DNA from: Albugo candida
Lineage: Eukaryota
Direction of reading: 5' to 3'
Length of the DNA stretch: 64,000 nucleotides
Assembly (NCBI GenBank): GCA_040437565.1
Contig: JBDOQK010000004.1
Span: forward strand, 310,001 to 374,000
The notes beneath the pieces are model-generated. The model did not search any database, was not told the DNA's origin, and saw only the letters and a list, made by a program, of their open reading frames with translations. Position numbers and translations under genes: made by a program. Below are positions 34,183-44,800 of the stretch, in pieces (positions within the stretch are counted from its first letter, which is position 1; every line of letters starts with the position of its first letter).

Positions 34183-35871
34183 TCATGTCGTTGATGCTTG
34201 GATACCAAAAATGTTTCCACCTGCTCCTCGCACTTGCAATTCCATCAAATGCTCAAGACTGACATTCACTTTACTTGGTCTTTTATCCTCGAGTCTGTCA
34301 ATCACATTGTTGCCATTGGCACATGCAAAATTAGACAAGGTACGAGTTCGCCTGCGCGGTAGAGACTTTGTGTTGAAACGCTGCTGATATTCACTTGAAA
34401 GTATTTGAAGCTCGTGTGCTCTTTCCAGACTCAGTGGATTTGTAGATTGTAGATCCAGATGGCCACACGTTGACCGGAGATGAAAGTAGTACGTTGCATA
34501 CATTGCTGCTGATACTCGCACTTGATACTTGACATTGACCAGAAACGCCGACTCCAACCGATTGATTTTCTTTAAATTCATTTCGGGCCATACTTTACAA
34601 AAATCAGCATTGCATATGCTCATATCATCCCATACTTTTGACGCTAGCAGCATGGAAGTGAATAAAATATAGCGCCAGTTTCCCGTGTGAAGTTGCAGCC
34701 TTCCTGATGTAACTTTCAATAATTTCTCCGTATAAATTAGACTGATTATGATACAGTCTACTTCCATTTGTCCAACCATGAAGATGTGCTTGATAAATTC
34801 GGTGATCTCAATTTTTGTTGGAAAAAAGTCAGTCATCTTCGAATCCGTGATTGATTTGGGTCGGATCAGGTCAGCAGGTCGATTAAAAACAAGGAATGGA
34901 GCGCTATGAGGGATTGGAGAGCGCGATGAATGTGCCAAATGTGATCGTAAGATCGTTGCTACACAATCAATCATGACGTTTTGGTCTGGAACCTTCATGG
35001 TCCCCATCCGAAGAAAAATAGAGCCCGTGCTGTTTGTACGATCACGTGCATTGGAACCTACTGGATCGGGTACGAGGCGGAGAGATTTTCGAGAATTTGT
35101 TATGTAGCCTTGTTCTTGAGGACTGATCGGATCCTTGTGCGCTGCGCTTTTGTGTCTGTATATGGATGAATTCTTCGAAGAGCTAGACGCTTCCCGCATA
35201 TTGGAGGCTAAATTGTTCCTAGTCTTGATTGACGAAAGATTTGTATCGATTCTGGAATTAACATTTTTTTTCATTACAGCAGAAACCTCCGATACATCGT
35301 GCCTTCCCTGTTGGCAATTTTCGATTGGTCTTTTCCATGTTGTTTCACGAGTTATTCTATGATAATAATATGGCCTACCAGTCTTCGGATCAGTTGCAAC
35401 CAGCCAGTCTGAACGTGTTTTTGCAGAGAGATCTGCTTCGATGGAGTGCTTTCTTTGCCTGATAATATCGCTTTCCGATGAAAGCGTTGGCTCACTATGA
35501 CGATGTAAGAACTGCCTTCCGTGTGTGCTACTCATTCTTCCATCCAAGCGCTGAGGAAAACACGACACGTTGTTCGATGTTGGATCGTCATCATATTGGA
35601 TTTCTTTGATTCCATTTTGCCGATAATTCTTGCAATTTGAAAACCGATTCGTTTCATTGCAATCTGTTTGCTGCTGCTTGCTCTGTGTTTGGCTCCACGA
35701 GCTTTTTAAAGAATTGCGAGGAAGGCGGTAACGATGCTGATTACACGAAAGCATTTGATCAACGAGGTGATTACGACGATGTGAAGCAGCACTGAATGGC
35801 TCCAACGTGCATTTAAATGCATCCAAAGCAATCAGCGATTTTTCCAAAAACGATTGCGAGTCAACCAACAT
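34183..35871 (-). CDS. WW domain + cyclin-Y-like cyclin
   Basis: WW: DWLVATDPKTGRPYYYHRITRETTWKRP. Cyclin-Y-type box: CIIISLIYTEKLL...NWRYILFTSMLLASKVWDD...YATYYFHLRS. Confidence 0.9.
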   Translation of the reverse strand: MLVDSQSFLEKSLIALDAFKCTLEPFSAASHRRNHLVDQMLSCNQHRYRLPRNSLKSSWSQTQSKQQQTDCNETNRFSNCKNYRQNGIKEIQYDDDPTSNNVSCFPQRLDGRMSSTHGRQFLHRHSEPTLSSESDIIRQRKHSIEADLSAKTRSDWLVATDPKTGRPYYYHRITRETTWKRPIENCQQGRHDVSEVSAVMKKNVNSRIDTNLSSIKTRNNLASNMREASSSSKNSSIYRHKSAAHKDPISPQEQGYITNSRKSLRLVPDPVGSNARDRTNSTGSIFLRMGTMKVPDQNVMIDCVATILRSHLAHSSRSPIPHSAPFLVFNRPADLIRPKSITDSKMTDFFPTKIEITEFIKHIFMVGQMEVDCIIISLIYTEKLLKVTSGRLQLHTGNWRYILFTSMLLASKVWDDMSICNADFCKVWPEMNLKKINRLESAFLVNVKYQVRVSAAMYATYYFHLRSTCGHLDLQSTNPLSLERAHELQILSSEYQQRFNTKSLPRRRTRTLSNFACANGNNVIDRLEDKRPSKVNVSLEHLMELQVRGAGGNIFGIQASTT

Positions 35872-36105
35872 ATCAAAAGCTGAATGCCAACTGGATTGTA
35901 CGATTAGGATAGCGGTACGATGAAAGAATAGACGCAAGCTTGCTTTCTCTCCCTCTAGAATGATAATGTCAATCAATGCTCTGTACCGTTCTATGGTATG
36001 TATGATAAGACAAAGAATTCCACAGCAGGGGTGCCATGTGGAAGAACATTGTATAGCTCGAACAGAATCAAAATTCTCGTGTTTAAGGAAATGTGTTGGG
36101 AAATT

Positions 36106-38145
36106 CTAAAATTGTGAGTCACGTTTTCCTACGCTGCCTCTAAGCTGTAAAATGCGTGATGCAGTGGACGCCAGCCGCTGCATGGCTGAATACTGCGTGT
36201 CAGTTACTTGACGGGTATTTTCGTCGATGCAGCAGACAGAAGCGAGTACCACGTTATTGTCTCCAATAATCGGGAATCCGCAGTAGAATTTTTTCTTCAT
36301 GCTTTGAACTACGTCCATGTCATGAAAGCGTATATCCGACTCGAGATGAGGCACTAGTAGCGGTTTGTCGTCCATAAGCAAGTGAGTACAAACAGACTGA
36401 TTCCGAGGTAGCTTTAGGTGTTTAAATTGCTCATCGCTTGTTGCAACGACATGTTGAGTAGACTCGTCGATTATCATGATAAATCCGACCTGACAGTCAA
36501 GCTCCTTCGCCGCGAGACTGCACACAATGTTGAGTTCTTCGACATCTCCCATTTCGACTAGCCTTTTATCCTTGATCATTTTAAGTCGGTCTTTTTCAGT
36601 TGTTGCTTCAAGAGGATCTGGGATGGTATCCTTGCCGCTTTTGTAATTGAGTGGATAGGATCTTGATTCGGTGTTCGCGAGAACACACTTTTCCAAAGGA
36701 ATCTGCTCGTACTTTTCTTTTCTCAGTGCATCGCAGTATTCTTTACTGATCCCTGCCAATTTCTCGGCATCATGTTCACCCTCTTGGGCAATGCTTGAAT
36801 CTTCATTGTCTTGATCCAGCTCCAACAAGTGTTTCATAACGCGAATCACTGAACGCTTTTTATCTTGGTCTATGCTATTGAATGTGTCTTCGAGCATATC
36901 TGCCAGCACGCTTGCAATTGGGGACGATGGAGACGGATTTGCCACAATTGCGGGGGCCATCAGATTTTCATATGTCACATCCTCGTAATTACAAGCGTTC
37001 ACACGAGCCATACAAGGGTGACAAACAAGTATTTTGGATGTTTGGTGTGTTTTCGTTTCTCGTTGTTCTATTGTGCAACACAGCAAGCAAACGTCAAATC
37101 CGCACAACTCGCATTGACCCTTTTTCTTCCCCGGTTGCTTGAAACTTTGACTGCAGGCGATACAGTATCTGTTGGAAGCTCTTACTGCTGATTTGCGTAT
37201 CAAAATCTGTGCCCCAAGACGGCGACGACGCATCAAAGCATGCAACCGTGGCATCGCATTCGCCATAAGATCAAGTCGTTTTCGAGTTGCTCGAGACGTG
37301 GTTCTCGAGAATGTCGTGATAATATTGGATCCTTTTCTAGCACATTGCGCGTAGAACAAGATACGGACGGAAGGTCTTCTCGAATTTTCCTCATTCTCAG
37401 TTGTCAGTTCTCGAATTGAAAATCCAGCTACAACGTCTTGTAGTTGCGATGACTTGATCTTATTTCCACCGATATCAAAGCTCGGATTTCTGTTCTTCAC
37501 TGAGCGCCAGCACTTGTAAAAGCCCTTTTGATCCGCGTCTTCAAGAATGAAATCCAAGTAGCTCCACCATTCTGTACGTGAGAAAACACTACGTTTGGAG
37601 AAGCTGGCAGACTTAAGATAAACATCACAAGTTACCACGGATGCGGATTCATGCAGAACGTGCAAAGCCGACTGATCCAACAAAGCTCTGTCAAGCTGAA
37701 CTTTATCGGCGTGTTCTACACGACCGTGACTGAAATCAGAGCCGAATAAAGCAGCCATTGTATCATTATACTGCCTTGTGTTGGGTTCTTGCATCGCATT
37801 CCGAAGTTCCCTTGCGGAACAGTTTAGTGTCCCAACTGCCATCACGTAATACAGAGCATCCTTTTTTGTACGAAAAAGAGCAAATCCATCCCGATTGCGC
37901 TTCCAGTCGCATTGTCGTGCGATGGTATCGATTTTTTTCCAATTTAGTATTTTCAACGATTCATTTGCTAATGAGCGAAGCTTTTCTTGTGACCTTACAG
38001 AATTGCGCACGCTACGTGGAACGTGGACTTGCAATTGATCTGAGGTGTCCCTTTCCGACTTGTATGAAGTAGTATGCGAATAAGAAGCATCACGTTTATT
38101 GCGTGTTCCAGAGGTATTTGTCTGTACACTTTCTGCTGACTGCAT
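36106..38145 (-). CDS. START-like + FYVE-type zinc finger + GAF domain protein
   Basis: 679-aa ORF; CIAC...CELCGFDVCLLC...VCHPC finger; GAF (EELNIVCSLAAKEL...RNQSVCTHLLMDDKPLLVPHLESDIRF...FYCGFPI...VCCID). Confidence 0.9.
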   Translation of the reverse strand: MQSAESVQTNTSGTRNKRDASYSHTTSYKSERDTSDQLQVHVPRSVRNSVRSQEKLRSLANESLKILNWKKIDTIARQCDWKRNRDGFALFRTKKDALYYVMAVGTLNCSARELRNAMQEPNTRQYNDTMAALFGSDFSHGRVEHADKVQLDRALLDQSALHVLHESASVVTCDVYLKSASFSKRSVFSRTEWWSYLDFILEDADQKGFYKCWRSVKNRNPSFDIGGNKIKSSQLQDVVAGFSIRELTTENEENSRRPSVRILFYAQCARKGSNIITTFSRTTSRATRKRLDLMANAMPRLHALMRRRRLGAQILIRKSAVRASNRYCIACSQSFKQPGKKKGQCELCGFDVCLLCCTIEQRETKTHQTSKILVCHPCMARVNACNYEDVTYENLMAPAIVANPSPSSPIASVLADMLEDTFNSIDQDKKRSVIRVMKHLLELDQDNEDSSIAQEGEHDAEKLAGISKEYCDALRKEKYEQIPLEKCVLANTESRSYPLNYKSGKDTIPDPLEATTEKDRLKMIKDKRLVEMGDVEELNIVCSLAAKELDCQVGFIMIIDESTQHVVATSDEQFKHLKLPRNQSVCTHLLMDDKPLLVPHLESDIRFHDMDVVQSMKKKFYCGFPIIGDNNVVLASVCCIDENTRQVTDTQYSAMQRLASTASRILQLRGSVGKRDSQF

Positions 38146-38364
38146 TGTTGAAGGATGTTAAAGTATCGATCTCGTTCGTTAATGCGAAGAACTTTTGTAT
38201 GACGAATGACATGGATAAGTCCTTCGATCTGAGCGGCTATGCCGCATCTTGATGATATATCTTATGCGAGGACGAGGAAGTGTAGAAGCACGGAATCGCT
38301 TTATATAGAGATGACGTCAGATCAGATGCGACATTTGTGGTAACTGATTGAATTAAAATATCAA

Positions 38365-39345
38365 ATGTTTTGGCGGAATTCCGTGAGCCACGAGCCAAGC
38401 GCCGAAGAAGTCGATCACGTAAACCAAGAAATCGAGGATCGTGAACACGAATTTCGGGCTAATTGTGACGATGGGGAAGGTAACACCTTCCAATACAACG
38501 TTGAATAGAACGCATTGCATTAGCACTTTTAGGCGATCCAATGGCATGCCACAGTTGGGGGGAATGGCTCACAGTAGTCGAAAAAGACTACACCTCCGCT
38601 GGTAAGTAGTAACTAAATCAAGCACGATACAGAGAGCTGATACTTTCACAGCCAACGTCTACCGCAAAAACTGCGAGGAAAAGTGCTACGCTGCATCCTG
38701 CTTTAATTTAGGACGTCTTATGTGTATGAAGGTGCTTTTCTCTATTGTTTATAAGTGGCTCAAGTTGTATTAGTGGCAGGAAAAGGTGTAGAGGAGAATG
38801 ACGAGAAAGCTCTTGAACTATTTGGTGAGATTTATATCGGATGTACCTCTTTCTTCTGACAATCCAGCTTTGTTCAGAGAGGTCATGTGCAAAGAAACAT
38901 GCCCAGGCTTGTCACCATGCTGGTTTTATGTATCTGGAAGGCATTGGGACACCCAAAGTACGTCAGAATGATACGACTCCGAAGCGGAGTAGTACATTGA
39001 TTACCGTGTTAGGATGTACTTCGCGGTCTTGCGGGACTAAAAACTGCCTGCAAGCTGGATGATGCTGGCAGTTGTAGCAGAGTTGGCTCATTATACCTGG
39101 ATCCTCCAGCGATGGAGAATGGGGAGCAGAGTGAGTTATTGCAGCGGGATCCGATTCGAGCAAAGAAGTACTATGCAAAAGCTTGTGATGCAAATTTTGC
39201 CCCCGCTTGTTATAATTTAGCCGTAATGTTCAAGAATGGGGACACTGGTGTTGAAAAAAATGAAAAAATGTATGAGGAGTATAAGAAAAAGACCGAGCAG
39301 CTTGTAAAACAAGCTAAAGGAATGCTCGGAGTTAAAGTTGCATGA
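38365..39345 (+). CDS. COA7: Sel1-like repeat protein, cytochrome c oxidase assembly factor 7 family, multi-exon
   Basis: Spliced EFRANCDDGEGDPMACHSWGEWL...KNCEEKCYAASCFNLG...ACHHAG...AKKYYAKACDANFAPACYNLAVMFKNGDTGVEKNEK; Cys spacing like COA7. Confidence 0.8.
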
Positions 39346-39519
39346 ATCGACTAGAAACGCCTTAGCATCAGTTTGAATGACACATTGCCTCCATTTGGTT
39401 TCAACAACTATGGAAGCTGAATCGAATGCAGCGAGCAAGAACTAACAAACGTAATGCATTTGCGCCTTGCCGAATTGCATTGTTCGTCTACACATTGCGA
39501 ACATTTGATGAATCAAATC

Positions 39520-41749
39520 TTATCTCAAGGAGCCTCTGCTGGACACCGAAACCATTTGTTCGAGCTTTTTTTCATAGTCGCTCATTCTTTTTAGCATTAT
39601 GCTGGACACAGTATAAGACTTGGCGTTGAATACCCGCTGTATATTTGCGGATTGAGTGTGCGACATTCGACATGCGGCGTCTATTGAAGTGTTCATGCAT
39701 TGAAGCTGCAGTCGTGCATTGAGTTTGCTTTCCCACTCGTGTACACGATCGCGTAGCTGAGCTTCCACGTCAGGTGCATCATCTGCCACCGAGCTTTTCT
39801 CGAAAGTGTTGAGGACTTCGTGAATGCGTGCGGTTTGGTCGGTTGAAAGCTTTTGCGACAATGAGTGTTGAAGTGCTGCACTTGAACGAACGCCCCCATT
39901 TACTTCATCCGCAGACACTTGTTGAGCATCTGAAAAGCTGACGATTTCTGCTGAATTTATCCTCGAAGTCTCATCATTTTTGTAGGGACTCGCAATTACC
40001 ATTTCTTCAAAATCGGATGAAATGTCGAGCAACCCAACGTCACTGTCGAGTTCTGTTCGGCGCTCTACTTCTGACTCAGAAGACGAGCTGAAGTTCATTA
40101 TTGCGTCTTCACATACTTCAGCTTGTGATGAAGCATCTCCAACCTGGATAGACTTATCCTCCTGAATTGAGGCTATATGCGTCGTCTGAGTCGAGGCGTC
40201 CAACAATTGGACTTTTGCTGCATCATTATCACTTTCTGCATAAGGCACGACCTTGTTCAGCTTTGCTTGTCGTTCAGCGTCCTGCGCCCGAAGTTGCTCT
40301 AGTTCAGCTGAAAGTACATATTTCTCATCGATTGTGATCGTGATTTCACGTTGTGCAGTTTTGAGTTCTTCCTGTAGTTTGTGGATCAAAGGCTCCAGCT
40401 GTTCCAACTTCTCTTCCGACGGGTTTGACTCTTCATAAAACAGCTCAACGTTAGTGTCTGTACCGGAGCCTAAAGTCTCAGGTGAAACAAGCGGTTCCTC
40501 TTTTATCAGCATAGATTTGCGAAGTTTGAGAAAGTCAACCTGTTGAGCGAGATCCTCCACTTCTGTCGCTAACTTGGCTCTCTTCTCCGCAACGTTTTGT
40601 AATTCGTGTGTTGCAGCCATGACTTTGGCATCAAGATCATTTACAATAGCGTTTTTGCGTGCGATGGTACTCTGTTCATTTGAAAGCATTTCGTTAATTT
40701 GATCAAATTTCTCGGATGCCCGTGTAGCTTCCTGCTGAATAGCATCCATTTTTTCTTGGGTGACCTCTTCAATCCGCTGTAATAATCCTTTAAAGATATC
40801 ATCGTTTTCCTCCTTATCCAAGTTGTGATCATTGCTAGTGCATCCTTCGTTTCCATTTCTTCTCTCTTCACTTTTATTTGTCTCGAGCCGTGGGGTCCTT
40901 GACGATGAGTGTCGCCGCATTATGTGCTGAGACAAATAATTTCCTGGTAGGAATACTTTACCACATATTTCACATTGCTGCACGTTCTCAACGTGTGGAT
41001 GATATGTGTCTTTCTCTTCATAGTCATTGTGTTGCATTTCCTCTCCATCCAAAGGATCTACGGGATAGCATCGCTTTTGTGTTTCAAGTCGCTACATTAA
41101 TATTATGCTAACCTTTGATGCTCGGATAGTTGCCAAATCGATCCAAGATAATACGCTCTATCGCTTCGAATGCACTTGGACTAGACCTAGTAGCAAGCTT
41201 AGATTGATGCCAGTATCGATCGTGCAGTTCCCTCACCCATGCGCCTCCAATAAAACACATATGTGCTGCATTACCTGGTGGAATTGCTTCTTTTCCTGAC
41301 GTAGTTTCTTGCATGCGCGTTTCTTTTTTATAACGCATTCTCGCAGACAATCCTTCTCACTGTCAAATGTTATGTGAGCTCATCCAAAAACCTCAATGCA
41401 CAAAGTCTCACAGCTCCTGCTCTCGTGTCTGACGCATCATATGGTTGACATCAATAGCGTCTTGTGATCTCAGATAGAAAATGTATTCCAACGAGAGCTG
41501 TAAGATGCGAATGATGTCCCATAAACTAGCATGACCATCCTCTTGTAATCGAGGCCTTCCATGCGTTACCGACGTTTCGGAACGGGGAAGCTTACAAAAC
41601 GTGAGATGAAGTGAAAGACGCTCGAGTGTAGCTGTATCGCGCTGTGCGATAATCTTGTTAATGTCGATTGAGCTGATGAGCCGCCAGTTGATCGGCTCGA
41701 CGCGTTCTCGCCAGCAGAAACGATCGGGTAAATCTCTCGAACTTCTCAT
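39520..41749 (-). CDS. DZIP1: DZIP1/Iguana-like basal-body protein (Dzip N-terminal domain, C2H2 finger, coiled coil), multi-exon
   Basis: FCWRERVEPINWRLISSIDINKIIAQRDTATLE...LTFCKL...IRILQLSLEYI; CEICGKVFLPGNYLSQHIMRRH; long coiled coil. Confidence 0.85.
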
Positions 41750-41860
41750 TTAGCACAGAACCATCGACAATTGGCCACTTTGGCGTCACATGCATTGCTG
41801 ATTGGTGCATCGTGTCATTTTGAAAGCGATGTCATGAAGCACGCCAATCAAACTTCCAGA
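41750..41860. promoter_or_regulatory. Candidate bidirectional promoter between DZIP1 and C2CD3
   Basis: 84-111 bp between divergent ATGs; ATTGG at 41770 and 41801, CCAAT at 41844, INR-like TCATTTT at 41815. Confidence 0.55.
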
Positions 41861-44800
41861 ATGCCTCAAGCATTGTTGAAACAGTCTATACGAAGCGATT
41901 CAGAGACCAAAGACATATCATCTCAACAAAAACTCTTCTTTCATGGATGCTCATTGCCACCAAAATTGCTCAATGACGCACCCAAATGGCAAACAGGAAT
42001 GCTGTCTCTCGCATTGTCAAAAGTCAGAGTTTGTGAAGAAAGTCGACACATTTTTCCAAAAAATGTACTAGTTCGAGTGATATGGTGGGGAGAAGATCGT
42101 CCCGGACAGCTTTTTCGCCCAAAGTGTAGCTATGAAGCATCACCTAAAGCGAATTTCAAAAGCGAAGAAGATGAAACACAAGGCTTGTATAAAAGCTGGC
42201 AAGATTGGGCCATTGAATACGCAATTGTAGTGCCTCCCTCTCACTTTTACGTGTACCTGCAAGATATGGTACGCATCGCTTTCGCATCCTACGAATGGAT
42301 CGTATTTCTAATTACATCTATAGAGAGAGCTTATGGCTGATATGATTGATCCAAAGACGCGGCGTGTGATTGGTAAAGCTCGAATTCCTTTGTGTAGGCT
42401 ACTTCCCGGTGATGGTGTAAATCCAGAATGGCAGCCGTTGCATTCGGCGTCGTATCCCATTTATTCGGTGGCAAGTACGCAGAAGGATCCAAACACTGAT
42501 AGTAACAATCGGCAGGTGCTGGGTCAACTTTTTGTCATGATCTCTATTCAATGGAATCAGGAACAGCATTACATACAAGATGATACATTTGAACGTCGCA
42601 ACGACTTTACTCGGATTGACACAAGTGAAGCTAGTGACAACAATCACAAAAGCATGGACTCAGTGAGCCCAAAAGACGAAAGATCTGATCATTCAATTGA
42701 TCGTTATGAGGATGATTGTGATTTGAACGAGGAGTCTACCGATCATCACGCAACAGCACCAGAGATGCATTACAAAATGCGCGCAGGGCTTGATCTCAGC
42801 GGTGATACAAAGCTGCGAGCCTTGATTTTAAAAGGAAAGGAGCTTCGAAAAATGATGCAAGTCGCAAAACGCACATCAATACCTGATTCATCTCGTCCTG
42901 AGTTGATCACGAATATTGATGGTGCAGGGTCTATCTACGCTGATCATACTGACTTGAGTGAAATCAGAAATGAGGTCGCCATTTCGGCATGTTTGGCAAG
43001 ATATCAAGCAATGTCTGCATTACACCCCGCTTCCGTGAGTATGTCGAGAAGTCATTTGGACAACAGCGTCATGACTGGCATACTTCACCTCAAGTCACTA
43101 CAAGTCGACACAGATTTTCTTAGACGCTTTAGAAGATTCATTCAAATAAAATCCTCATGGGATCATCGCAGTCCAGATAAGCAAAAATCGGATCCGGTAC
43201 TGAACGTATCCATATTCTATCAGTACGAAAGTCAAGCAGGCAATAGTGCCGATGAAATGCATTTACTAGCAGATTGCTCATTGATTCTTTCCCACACTCT
43301 GCTGGCAGGGAAAGAGAAGGTGGAAGTCTGGTCAGGCTTGGAACGGCAAAGTGAGAATTGCGCTGCTGCATCAACCTTTCTTCTTGAGCGCAATGTTCCA
43401 GGTCGTGAAGGCCTATGTATATGCGTCCAGCTACATCTTCGGCAGAGGGCATCTAAAAGCACTGGGAGTAATAAGATTGGTTTGAAAGGTCAGCGAGCCA
43501 TCGGAATATGCAGCCCAGGCGAACACCACATTCCACTGTTCTTCACATCACCTGGCTCACTTCCGAGCTCGAAGCTACTCAGAAACAATAGTCTACATCG
43601 AAGGACAAGAGACTCACAAGCAGTTGGCCTCATTTCGCTCGACTTGGAACTTCCACAATCCAATCGAATCCCACAAGCAGTCAGTAGTGAAGATATCGAT
43701 TCACCAATCTCTGATCCAACTTCATCTGAATTAGAGTCCATCAGTTCATCGATCCATTCAACTCCACTGCACGATCAAGATACGGGTCGTGACAAGGAGA
43801 CTTTGATGAAAAATAATGCACTAGTACTTGATACAATCAGTTTAGACTCGGAGAAGCTTTTATTGTCCGAAACATTTCGTCAACAAGGCAACGAGTGCAG
43901 ATACATACAGCTTCGGTCCACCATTCCTCAGCTCGGAGTGCAGAATACGAACGACATACGCATGGATACAGAGGAAGAATCTAGTATCTGTCTAACACGC
44001 AAGCTTTTTGAGCTAAACGACAAACAAGTTGTTGACTCGGAGAAGAAGCGAGAAGCAGACTTTGGTCAGTACATGAAACTACTTCCTCGACTTGCGTCAA
44101 ATGCCCTGCTTCAGCATCAGAATCAAGTGATTGTGTTTGAAGTATGGCTATTACTACCGAGGAGCAGGAGCGATTCCCATGAATTCCGATCGAAACATCT
44201 TTTGGGACTTGTCAAAGTACCTTTTAGTAAATTCTTTGATTCGTACATCAAAGGTGGCAATGAAAAGACTTTGACAGATATTTCAATAGAGCATATTTGC
44301 GCTACTCACTCAAGCTGTTGGCCAATTCAGCATCCACTTTCCGAAGCGGAACTTGGCTATCTAAGTATCACAATTTTGAGCGGAACAATCAAACAAGTAA
44401 GTCCTTGATCAGTTTTCAGTATTTTGTTTTGTAGTGAAATGGTAATTGTAGATAAAAGCTTTTCGGGTAGCTCAAAATGGTTTCAGAGTCCTTCAACGTC
44501 GAATTCGTCAATTTCTTAGCAATAAGAAAAGAAGAAAATGCAATGCCTTAATTGTAAAAGAGCAGAAAGCCGCGAGCTTCCGAATAGAAAGTCAAAATGG
44601 TCGCTTGACATTCGCAATGCGTGGAGGACTGACCTTCAATCATGAGCATAAAGTGGTATGTCAGATAGATGGACGACTCAATTTCATGGCATCAGTCAAA
44701 GCAGATGTAATGGCTACGATTCCTTTCCGAATTTTGTGGGATCAATGCCTCTGTGAGCAAAGTATCACCGTCCATTACAAACTACCAAGCATTCTTGACT

